Of a DNA stretch of 64,000 nucleotides, positions 1 through 6,586 are shown one piece after another. Under the pieces are notes generated by a model. That model was not told the origin of the DNA and did not search any database. It worked only from the letters and a program-made list of their open reading frames with translations. Location of the stretch: positions 4,594-68,593 of IMG/VR virus record IMGVR_UViG_3300017778_007984; one strand, given 5' to 3'. A program made the translations under genes and the position numbers. The stretch comes from a virus. Taxonomy: Duplodnaviria > Caudoviricetes. Within the stretch, counting starts at the first letter, position 1. Each line of letters opens with the position of its first letter.

Positions 1-3
1 TCG

Positions 4-76
4 AGCAGAAGACGAGATTCGAACTCGCGACCTATAGCTTGGAAGGCTATAGCTCTACCAACTGAGCTACTTCTGC
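4..76 (-). tRNA. tRNA-Gly (anticodon TCC); CCA not encoded
   Basis: Reverse complement folds as a cloverleaf: acceptor GCAGAAG/CTTCTGC, D arm TAGCTCAGTTGGTAGAGC, anticodon loop CTTCCAA, T arm GCGAG-TTCGAAT-CTCGT, discriminator U. Confidence 0.95.
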
Positions 77-126
77 TTTTGTTAAACAAACAAGACAATA
101 TCACCATGGATATTGTCCCATTCACA

Positions 127-155
127 ATTATACACTTCACATTGAGACTTGTCAA
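127..155 (-). promoter_or_regulatory. Canonical sigma70-type promoter (TTGACA-N17-TATAAT) upstream of tRNA-Gly
   Basis: Minus strand TTGACA (155-150), 17-nt spacer, TATAAT (132-127), about 50 nt upstream of the tRNA 5' end. Confidence 0.7.
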
Positions 156-253
156 TAATTTGACCTGATTGGAAGAGTGCATCGGTTGGGTTAAGAATAT
201 CAGAATTCATAGAAAAGGGGGGGTTAGGTTTAAATATATGAAGATTATGAATT

Positions 254-430
254 CTACTCCGAAATATCCCTCTTATCTAGGTCGTAGAGCAAAATTTCGT
301 TGTTTTTCCAAGCTTTCCAATTATCAAAATCTTTTAGTTCTACTAAAACTTCATTGCGAACCAAGGTATAGCCCTCGGGGGCTACACCATTGTATCGGAT
401 TTTTTTAATATCTTTTTGACTTGGTTTCAT
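254..430 (-). CDS. Small hypothetical protein, 58 aa (MKPSQKDIKKIRYNGVAPEGY...), absent from ORF track
   Basis: ATG at 430 lies 1 nt after the stop of the upstream co-directional gene; open frame to TAG at 254-256. Confidence 0.6.
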   Translation of the reverse strand: MKPSQKDIKKIRYNGVAPEGYTLVRNEVLVELKDFDNWKAWKNNEILLYDLDKRDISE

Positions 431-431
431 T

Positions 432-1064
432 TTAAATCGTAAATTTTTTACATTCTTCTAACGTCAAAATAAATTTTAAATTTGGGATTGTTTTTTTCAA
501 AATTTCAATTTTTTTTATTTGATTTTGATATGCCGCTGGATTTTTTGGGTCCAAGTATAAGTCATAGTCCTTCAGATAAAAATCTGGAAAATAATTGTGT
601 TCAACATTATTTTTGTCTAACCATTTTATTGGTTCTGGTCTAGTCCATTTAATATTTAATTCGTCTAACCTAATTGCTAGAGCTAACTCCCAACTACTAT
701 CTAATAGATACCCTTGATATTCCACAACCCCTTTTCTTAAACGTCGATGATTCGAACTTAACGCTGCTTGTCTCAATTTTTTTTTACTCTCGTCCGTGTG
801 TTTTTTAAAAGGATTTGGATGTTTTTTTCCTTTTAAAGAATGACTTATAGATTCATTATTCAATTTAGCCTTAGTAAATTGATTTGTTGCACCTTTTTTT
901 TGTCGCGCTTTATTCATTAGCTCTACTGAGTTTCTTTTATTCAATTCTGCCAAATATTCTTGTTTTTTTGGATTTAAATCACACCATCTTGTATGATTTG
1001 CAATAAAATTTGTTGGCTTATCGCTAGTATCAAAAATTTGGTCACACCATTTACATTTTTTCAT
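432..1064 (-). CDS. Putative free-standing homing endonuclease (N-terminal CxxC, NUMOD3-like DNA-binding motif, C-terminal PD-(D/E)xK nuclease), 210 aa
   Basis: Start reassigned to MKKCKWCDQ at 1064 because the ORF-track extension runs through tRNA-Arg. Motifs SHSLKGKKHPNPFKKHTDESKKKL and HNYFPDFYLKDYDLYLDPK. Located between two tRNA genes. Confidence 0.65.
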   Translation of the reverse strand: MKKCKWCDQIFDTSDKPTNFIANHTRWCDLNPKKQEYLAELNKRNSVELMNKARQKKGATNQFTKAKLNNESISHSLKGKKHPNPFKKHTDESKKKLRQAALSSNHRRLRKGVVEYQGYLLDSSWELALAIRLDELNIKWTRPEPIKWLDKNNVEHNYFPDFYLKDYDLYLDPKNPAAYQNQIKKIEILKKTIPNLKFILTLEECKKFTI

Positions 1065-1130
1065 ATCGTAAGGTTTATATGAATAAATATAAGCGGATAG
1101 AGCAAAGGTTTTCCCTTCCAGAAAAATTAG

Positions 1131-1202
1131 TAGGCCCACCTGGATTCGAACCAGGAATATCTCATTAGAAGTGAGAGGGTATATCCCTTTACCTATGGGC
1201 CC
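1131..1202 (-). tRNA. tRNA-Arg (anticodon TCT); CCA not encoded
   Basis: Acceptor GGGCCCA/TGGGCCT, anticodon stem-loop TCTCA-CTTCTAA-TGAGA, T arm CCTGG-TTCGAAT-CCAGG. Confidence 0.93.
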
Positions 1203-1230
1203 ATTTTGTCCTACAAATATGAGAAAAAAA

Positions 1231-1632
1231 TTACTTGTCGTCAACAGGATGCAAAACATCAAACAGAAACTGACAATAATATTTTCTACAAATCTGTGGT
1301 CGGATATCATAGATAGAGCAAGAACGCAATGTGGAATTGTAAAATATACAGGGTTTACGTTTTTTTTCCATATCGACCTTCAATGCTGGAAATGAATTAG
1401 GGCTTTGCCAGCAACTTCTTTCGGGAAATAGTTTTGAACCTTCTTCAAATGTATAAAACACTTCTTCAAATTTTACTTTTCTACTAAATCTATCAGACAA
1501 TCTTTCAAGGAAATCTTCCTGGTCAGTGTGAGGTCCAATTATGTAATCCCTATCTTCTAGGTGACAACAACTACCATCGTGGTCTTTTCGGCCATAACAA
1601 TTATGACTACAAATATTTGCGTGTTTACTCAT
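1231..1632 (-). CDS. YkgJ-like cysteine-cluster (putative Fe-S/Zn) protein
   Basis: CSHNC...GSCC N-terminal cluster and PCIFY...CSIYDIRPQICRKYYC C-terminal cluster. Confidence 0.7.
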   Translation of the reverse strand: MSKHANICSHNCYGRKDHDGSCCHLEDRDYIIGPHTDQEDFLERLSDRFSRKVKFEEVFYTFEEGSKLFPERSCWQSPNSFPALKVDMEKKRKPCIFYNSTLRSCSIYDIRPQICRKYYCQFLFDVLHPVDDK

Positions 1633-1660
1633 GATTTAAATATAGAAAATTATTGGTGAT

Positions 1661-1686
1661 AAAAAAAGGGGTCCGAAGACCCCTTT
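1661..1686 (-). terminator. Rho-independent terminator
   Basis: Minus strand AAAGGGGTC-TTCG-GACCCCTTTTTTT: cUUCGg hairpin plus U tract, downstream of the lipoprotein gene. Confidence 0.8.
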
Positions 1687-1706
1687 GCGTCAAAGAGAAA
1701 TTTAAA

Positions 1707-1877
1707 TTACTCTGCGGTAGCTTCTTCGCCTGGAGTTTCAACAACTTCTTCAGTTACAAGGGTATCCTCCTCAGTAACAACGGTTGTGGTGTCAATAACA
1801 GTTTCTTCAACTGTTGATTCTCCTCCACAAGAAGTTAAAACGACAGCAGCAAAAATAGATGCGATGATGTTTTTCAT
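1707..1877 (-). CDS. Small acidic lipoprotein, 56 aa (MKNIIASIFAAVVLTSC-GGESTVEETVIDTTT...), absent from ORF track
   Basis: Basic N-terminus, hydrophobic core, lipobox LTS-C, then an E/T/V-rich tail; has its own promoter and terminator. Confidence 0.8.
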   Translation of the reverse strand: MKNIIASIFAAVVLTSCGGESTVEETVIDTTTVVTEEDTLVTEEVVETPGEEATAE

Positions 1878-1898
1878 TTTGTATAAATTATATTGAAT

Positions 1899-1926
1899 AT
1901 TATAATCGACAATAATTATCTGTCAA
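1899..1926 (-). promoter_or_regulatory. Sigma70-like promoter (TTGACA-N16-TATAAT) upstream of the lipoprotein gene
   Basis: Minus strand TTGACA (1926-1921), 16-nt spacer, TATAAT (1904-1899). Confidence 0.6.
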
Positions 1927-1985
1927 GTGGTAAAAAATAATAAAACTTAACATTAAATTTCAGATAAATCACAAATCTAATTTAT

Positions 1986-2020
1986 AAACAAATGAAAGGG
2001 TCCAATTAAGGACCCTTTCA
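1986..2020 (-). terminator. Terminator hairpin downstream of tmRNA
   Basis: Perfect 11-bp stem TGAAAGGGTCC/GGACCCTTTCA followed by TTTGTTT on the minus strand. Confidence 0.7.
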
Positions 2021-2052
2021 AAATTGTCCAAGGGTGGAGATGGCGGGAATCG

Positions 2053-2275
2053 CAATTGTCACAATTTTTCAATTATGCGTGGACTATATCATCATCTTCT
2101 TCAAGATGTCGGACGCTATTGTGGTATTACGGTAGAAGCGTCTACCACCCACTAGTCTCTGCACCTTCCTGTTCCTACCAGGCTTGGCTCAGGATTGACA
2201 TATCCCTAAGGACTTAGTTTTCCCTGAATTCATCCAATTTTTAATTCAACATCACTGTTGAATGGGTCCGATTTG
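2053..2275 (-). mobile_element. ORF-less group I self-splicing intron, 223 nt, in the tmRNA T-loop
   Basis: P1 exon GGGUU pairs with GACCC with U.G at the splice site; P10 AAUCG pairs with 3' exon CGAUU; P2 8-bp stem with GUGA loop; P3 UUGGAUG/CGUCCGA; P4 UCAGG/CCUGA; P7 GACUA/UAGUC; P8 CAUCUU/AAGAUG; P9 with GAAA loop; terminal G; AAUCCUGAGCC and GUGCAGAGACU core motifs. Confidence 0.93.
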
Positions 2276-2506
2276 AACCCGCGTCTTGCTCAGTTTACCC
2301 ATAAAGGACTACATGCTTAGGACAGGGTTTGTCACACCCTCCGAAATATCTGATTCCTATTTTGCCATCGTCATCAGAAACTGTGGGGTGTTCACTTAAT
2401 CGGTAGAACACCAAACGTTACCTCCATTTCTTTTAAAGATAGAAACCACACCATAAGGACTTCTGTTTCAAGGTATATGTCCCCACCGACCCACGGTTAT
2501 TATAGC

Positions 2507-2572
2507 CTAAGCTACAGTAACTGCTTCAGTTGTAAGAAGACCTACAGCCTGAAGCTTTGCAAAAGTGTTGCC
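2507..2572 (-). other. tmRNA tag reading frame encoding (A)GNTFAKLQAVGLLTTEAVTVA*
   Basis: Resume codon GGC follows TTTAAGT; 21 sense codons to TAG. Resume position inferred by analogy to bacterial tmRNAs. Confidence 0.75.
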
Positions 2573-2684
2573 ACTTAAAAAGCGCTCCCATAGATTAAAG
2601 TGATAGGAAACATCTCACTGCATGCCCCGTATGATTAACTCTGCCAATCAATACCGTTCATCCCCATTATTTCAAAGAACTCTA

Positions 2685-2715
2685 CAAATATAAGTATTTA
2701 TATTGATATGGCAAA
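2685..2715 (-). promoter_or_regulatory. Bacteroidota-type housekeeping promoter (-33 TTTG / -7 TAnnTTTG) for tmRNA
   Basis: Minus strand TTTG (2715-2712), 19-nt spacer, TATATTTG (2692-2685), 20 nt upstream of the tmRNA 5' end. Confidence 0.7.
2695..2701 (+). promoter_or_regulatory. Representative copy of a recurrent TATTTAT motif upstream of genes (putative late promoter)
   Basis: The same motif lies on the sense strand shortly before 16 start codons in the window (listed in findings). Confidence 0.6.
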
Positions 2716-4126
2716 AGGTAAAAATTTATTTTTTTCAGAAAAAGGATATCCTCTAAATGTTGTTAGGTATTCAAATGCTGAGTTATTTTGTGAAGATGCG
2801 CAGGATACAGTATGGTGTCGTGAAGATTTTTTCAATGAGTTTGTTGCTCCATTATTGAAATTTAATGAGGTTTATATTTTGAATTACACCGTTAGTGGGG
2901 ATAAAATGACAAAAATACTAATTGTCCGCTCAACAAATTTTGTAAGAAGGTTTGACGCTAGTGGTATCACACAAACCACCAGTATCCCTACATCCATTCC
3001 TGTTTCAGTTGAGGAGTTATTGGCTAAAAGACCCGATAATCTCACACATAAAATTAAACTATTCATAACTGGTGTTGTTGGTTCGGAAATTTTTGATAAT
3101 ATACTTCACTTTTCAAAATTAATTTACCGTGAGCCTTTGGGTGAATCTATTTTGGTTTTTGATTACGAAGACAATAAAGATATAATTTATGATATGTTCA
3201 GTTACGATGAGGATGATATGAATACTATTGAATGTGCGTTAGAAGATGAAGACCTCGAATGCGAATTGGAAAATGTGGAATATTATATTGATGAAACATT
3301 TTTGGAAGGATATAGCATTTTACCAAATTTTTTTTTAGTTGGAACACAAGCAAAAGAATTGGCAAATAAAATATATCTGGATGTACAGCCTGATTTTCAT
3401 TATGATGATGAAGCGGAGGGTAAAAAAGTAAATAAAATTTTGTACAGTATTGCGCCGGAAGGTATTGAGAATTTTTATAATGCTTGGGTTTATTATTATG
3501 ATAGGAGTAGTTTTGAGGCTATTGCTAGAGGAATTAAGAAGGAGTTAACACAAATAAAAGAGGATACCGGATTTGTGTTGGACCCAGTTAATTTTACCGT
3601 TTCAACCACTTTAGGAAATCTATATTATTACTTATTTTTCAAGAACTTAACCCATCTGCCAATTGAAACTGCTTTATTAAAATTAAGTGATAATTATAAA
3701 TCTGTCAAAAATTTTGGTGGATGGAACGATGCTAAGTATGACCTTGCAACTGACAAGTTTCTTGACAATAATGGGCTCGAGCAAAGAACCCTCCCCATTC
3801 TCAAGGATATTGAGAATAAAATTAATGTAGGGAATATAGATATAATCCGAGATATATTTTTAAAATATGACCTTAGGATAAGTCTTTATAAGAACAACAA
3901 ACACCCCAAGACAGGTAAACCCTTTTGGTTTAAAGATTTGGATGCAAAAGAAGGGATTGTTAAATTATCGGATATGAGTTCTAGTTATAGTAAGACTTGG
4001 GAGATGACCCTCGAAGAATTTATTGATTGGCTCGAAAGTGATGATGCTGTTTTGGAAAGTAAAAATATTTTGTTATCTTTACAGCAAATACTCAAAGATG
4101 ACTCAAGAAAAAATCGACTTACTTAA
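2708..4126 (+). CDS. Hypothetical protein, 472 aa
   Basis: Long open frame preceded by TATTTAT; no motif recognised. Confidence 0.8.
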   Translation: MAKGKNLFFSEKGYPLNVVRYSNAELFCEDAQDTVWCREDFFNEFVAPLLKFNEVYILNYTVSGDKMTKILIVRSTNFVRRFDASGITQTTSIPTSIPVSVEELLAKRPDNLTHKIKLFITGVVGSEIFDNILHFSKLIYREPLGESILVFDYEDNKDIIYDMFSYDEDDMNTIECALEDEDLECELENVEYYIDETFLEGYSILPNFFLVGTQAKELANKIYLDVQPDFHYDDEAEGKKVNKILYSIAPEGIENFYNAWVYYYDRSSFEAIARGIKKELTQIKEDTGFVLDPVNFTVSTTLGNLYYYLFFKNLTHLPIETALLKLSDNYKSVKNFGGWNDAKYDLATDKFLDNNGLEQRTLPILKDIENKINVGNIDIIRDIFLKYDLRISLYKNNKHPKTGKPFWFKDLDAKEGIVKLSDMSSSYSKTWEMTLEEFIDWLESDDAVLESKNILLSLQQILKDDSRKNRLT

Positions 4127-4928
4127 AAAAGTTCTATCCGTACCAACAGCAACTCACCGAGAAGGTATATTGGTTGAATATATTTGCGAATGGCTAAAAG
4201 AAAACAAAATCGAATATTTTATCGATGACATGTTAAACATCTATGCCACAAAGCAAAGTGATGAAAATGTTGAATATTTTCCTTGCGTTATTGCCCATAC
4301 TGACACTGTTCATGGACTAAACGAAATCAACATACAGGAAGAGATGTTAAAAAATGCTCAGGAAGAGGTTAAACTTGCCCTTAAAGCGTATAACGACCAC
4401 GGAATGCCCACTGGTATTGGTGGTGATGATAAAGCCGGTGTATTCGCCTGTATGCAAGTCTTGATGGATTTGCCAAATGTGAAAGCGGCATTTTTTGTTG
4501 CTGAAGAAACTGGTTGCCACGGTTCAAACAAAGCAGATAAAGATTTCTTTTCTAATGTTGGATATGGCATTCAATTCGACGCTCCTGAAAACTGGATGGT
4601 TACCGAACACTGCTGGGGTCAGCGGCTATTTGACAGAGAGTCAGAATTTTTCGAAACTTGCAATAACATCCTCACAGAAGGAATTGGTGAGAGTCTTGAA
4701 TATTTGGTTCACCCTTACACGGACGTTTATTCCCTTCGTGGTAAATTCGATTTTTCCTGTATCAATATTTCAATTGGATATTACGACTACCATACAAAAG
4801 ATGAATATGTTGTAATCGAAGATGTATTTAACGGAATCGAAATGGGAAAAAAAATGATTGTAACTTTAGGAAATCGACTCCACTATCTACAACACGGAAA
4901 AAAATTTACTACTAACTGGTTATATTAA
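4098..4928 (+). CDS. M20/M28-clan Zn-dependent peptidase
   Basis: Metal-ligand motifs AHTDTV, GIGGDDKAG, AEETG, QFDA, YHT; start reassigned to MTQEKID (4098). Confidence 0.8.
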   Translation: MTQEKIDLLKKVLSVPTATHREGILVEYICEWLKENKIEYFIDDMLNIYATKQSDENVEYFPCVIAHTDTVHGLNEINIQEEMLKNAQEEVKLALKAYNDHGMPTGIGGDDKAGVFACMQVLMDLPNVKAAFFVAEETGCHGSNKADKDFFSNVGYGIQFDAPENWMVTEHCWGQRLFDRESEFFETCNNILTEGIGESLEYLVHPYTDVYSLRGKFDFSCINISIGYYDYHTKDEYVVIEDVFNGIEMGKKMIVTLGNRLHYLQHGKKFTTNWLY

Positions 4929-5617
4929 TTTTTTAGGATGTAACTTGGTGGAATAAACTCAAGTGATGTTACATTTACCTGAATTCCAATATTTTTAAGT
5001 TTTTCATCTAAATCGTTGGTAATTGCATCAACCACGGCATTGTGTAAAAATTCATATAAATCTTTTTCGGTTTCGTAATAAACTATTTTGTGGAACGACC
5101 CTTTGTACTCACCCTCATCCCAATCTAGTTCTCCATATCCTCTGTCAGACACATCAACGTAAATGTCTATTTCAGATGAGTATTTGAAATCCATATTGAC
5201 GACATAAATATCAGAAATTTTGTATATGAAATTCAAATCTTGACCACCGCACTTATTGCATCTTAGGACAATATTTTCATCTTTTTTAAAAATTCCCGGG
5301 ATACCTCTGTCATTTAAATAAGTTTCAAGATATGGTTTTACATATTTGATATCTAAAACCTGCATAAGTCGAATAACATTTTTGTAAGATAACCCATTTT
5401 TATCCAAAGATTTTTTAAAAACTCGATAGATATCATCTTTATAATCAGAATCATAATCTTCATTGAGCTTATTTGACTCGTTGTTGTGATTGCACTGGTG
5501 GCAGATATATGGGTCGTGACCTCCTTCAGAGAGCTTCCAGGTCCATCCGCAATTATCGCAAATAACTTTTCCTTTGCCGACTTCTTCTTTTAATACCTTG
5601 AGTATAATGTCCCTCAT
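4925..5617 (-). CDS. Hypothetical protein with Zn-finger-like module and leader MRDIILKVLKEE
   Basis: CDNC...CHQC module; TATTTATA upstream. Confidence 0.75.
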   Translation of the reverse strand: MRDIILKVLKEEVGKGKVICDNCGWTWKLSEGGHDPYICHQCNHNNESNKLNEDYDSDYKDDIYRVFKKSLDKNGLSYKNVIRLMQVLDIKYVKPYLETYLNDRGIPGIFKKDENIVLRCNKCGGQDLNFIYKISDIYVVNMDFKYSSEIDIYVDVSDRGYGELDWDEGEYKGSFHKIVYYETEKDLYEFLHNAVVDAITNDLDEKLKNIGIQVNVTSLEFIPPSYILKN

Positions 5618-5640
5618 ATTCTATAAATACAATTTTGTGT

Positions 5641-5672
5641 AAAAGAAACCCCCCCCTTTTCAGGGAGGGTTT
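5641..5672 (-). terminator. Rho-independent terminator
   Basis: Minus strand AAACCCTCCC-TGAAAA-GGGGGGGGTTT followed by CTTTT. Confidence 0.65.
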
Positions 5673-5693
5673 AAGTGTGTAATGATAAATTTT

Positions 5694-6167
5694 TTAACCC
5701 CTATACGAACTACAGAGAGGTGCTTCCTCCATGCCCCAAATAAGTATCACTAAGATTAATAAGACCGAGAGACCCATGACTACAGCCATAAAATAAGGTG
5801 GTGCATAAAATTGTTCTTGAATGTTTTCAACTTCATTTTCCACATCTGATAACAATGCGTCTAACTCCATTTCAGATTTCGGTTTTTTAAGTGTTGCAAT
5901 TTTCTTTTGAAACTCTGATTTCATTTCTTGAGGAATTGCATTTTTAAACGCTTGGGGACCTTTTTCCAAACCTGTGTTGAAAATTGAGGTAAGCATACCT
6001 CGCAATTTGTTAGGTGCGAGTCTGATAATACGTTCTCCTTTTGCTTTATAGGAATTGCGTTTTTTCGCAAATTTTTGACATTGTTCAGAGTTTACTTGTT
6101 GTTCTTGGATTATCTTTTCGATAAGGTTTACAAGTTTTGATTCAGATAGTCTGATTACTTTTTTCAT
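5694..6167 (-). CDS. Hypothetical protein with MKKxIxLxE leader and C-terminal hydrophobic segment
   Basis: N-terminus MKKVIRLSESKLVNLIEKIIQEQ; FMAVVMGLSVLLILVILIW near the C-terminus. Confidence 0.75.
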   Translation of the reverse strand: MKKVIRLSESKLVNLIEKIIQEQQVNSEQCQKFAKKRNSYKAKGERIIRLAPNKLRGMLTSIFNTGLEKGPQAFKNAIPQEMKSEFQKKIATLKKPKSEMELDALLSDVENEVENIQEQFYAPPYFMAVVMGLSVLLILVILIWGMEEAPLCSSYRG

Positions 6168-6170
6168 AAA

Positions 6171-6518
6171 TTAGTTTCCTCTTAGTTCTTGCACGATTGA
6201 GTAAATCATGGCGATTATGGTTGCGTAGGGGAGAAGTTCTCCTACGACTGTTTTTTTTATGGGGTCATCTCCACGAGTTAGCATCATATAACCGTGTGGG
6301 TCGAATGTTTTTAGGTTTTGTAAAGTTTGTTTGATAAGTTCCGTATCTTTTGATAAAACATCAGCTTGTGATTTGATTTGAGCAACTTTGGCTGGTTCGA
6401 TAACAGATTTTAACTCCTTTGCAGGTAGTTCTATCTTCTCTTGCTCTGATTGCTCTGAAATAACTCTTTCTATAATTCTTGTAAGGTCACTTTCAGTTAA
6501 TTTAACGATTTTTTTCAT
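6171..6518 (-). CDS. Hypothetical protein with MKKxIxLxE leader
   Basis: N-terminus MKKIVKLTESDLTRIIERVISEQ; TATTTATA upstream. Confidence 0.75.
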   Translation of the reverse strand: MKKIVKLTESDLTRIIERVISEQSEQEKIELPAKELKSVIEPAKVAQIKSQADVLSKDTELIKQTLQNLKTFDPHGYMMLTRGDDPIKKTVVGELLPYATIIAMIYSIVQELRGN

Positions 6519-6550
6519 TAAGGCATTTTGTTATAAATACCTTTGAAAAT

Positions 6551-6582
6551 AAAAAAGGGGACTTTCGTCCCCCCCTTTTTTT
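6551..6582. terminator. Bidirectional-looking terminator after clpC
   Basis: A-tract, GGGGAC-TTTC-GTCCCC hairpin, T-tract. Confidence 0.75.
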
Positions 6583-6586
6583 ATTG

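Larger units (their letters stand above)
2033..2665 (-). ncRNA. ssrA: tmRNA, interrupted by a group I intron (exons 2665-2276 and 2052-2033)
   Basis: 5' GGGGATGAACGG; acceptor GGGGATG/CATCTCC with G3.U70 alanine identity pair and A discriminator; conserved GCATGC and TAAGCATGTAG helix elements; T arm GCGGG-TT|CGATT-CCCGC is restored on removal of 2275-2053; internal tag frame 2572-2507. Confidence 0.95.

Noticed and set aside
365-390. Hairpin GTATAGCCC-TCGG-GGGCTACAC as a possible ncRNA
   Set aside because: It lies inside the 254-430 coding frame (GVAPEGYT) and has no other support.
169-408. Plus-strand 79-aa ORF from the track
   Set aside because: It opposes the local gene direction and shadows a better minus-strand ORF (254-430) coupled to the upstream gene.
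1065-1310. N-terminal extension of ORF 432-1310
   Set aside because: It runs through tRNA-Arg and into the next gene; MKKCKWC at 1064 is the plausible start.
2053-2275. tmRNA split as an integration scar of a mobile element
   Set aside because: There is no duplicated att-like repeat or integrase, and the insert has a full group I core with P1 and P10 pairing to both exons.
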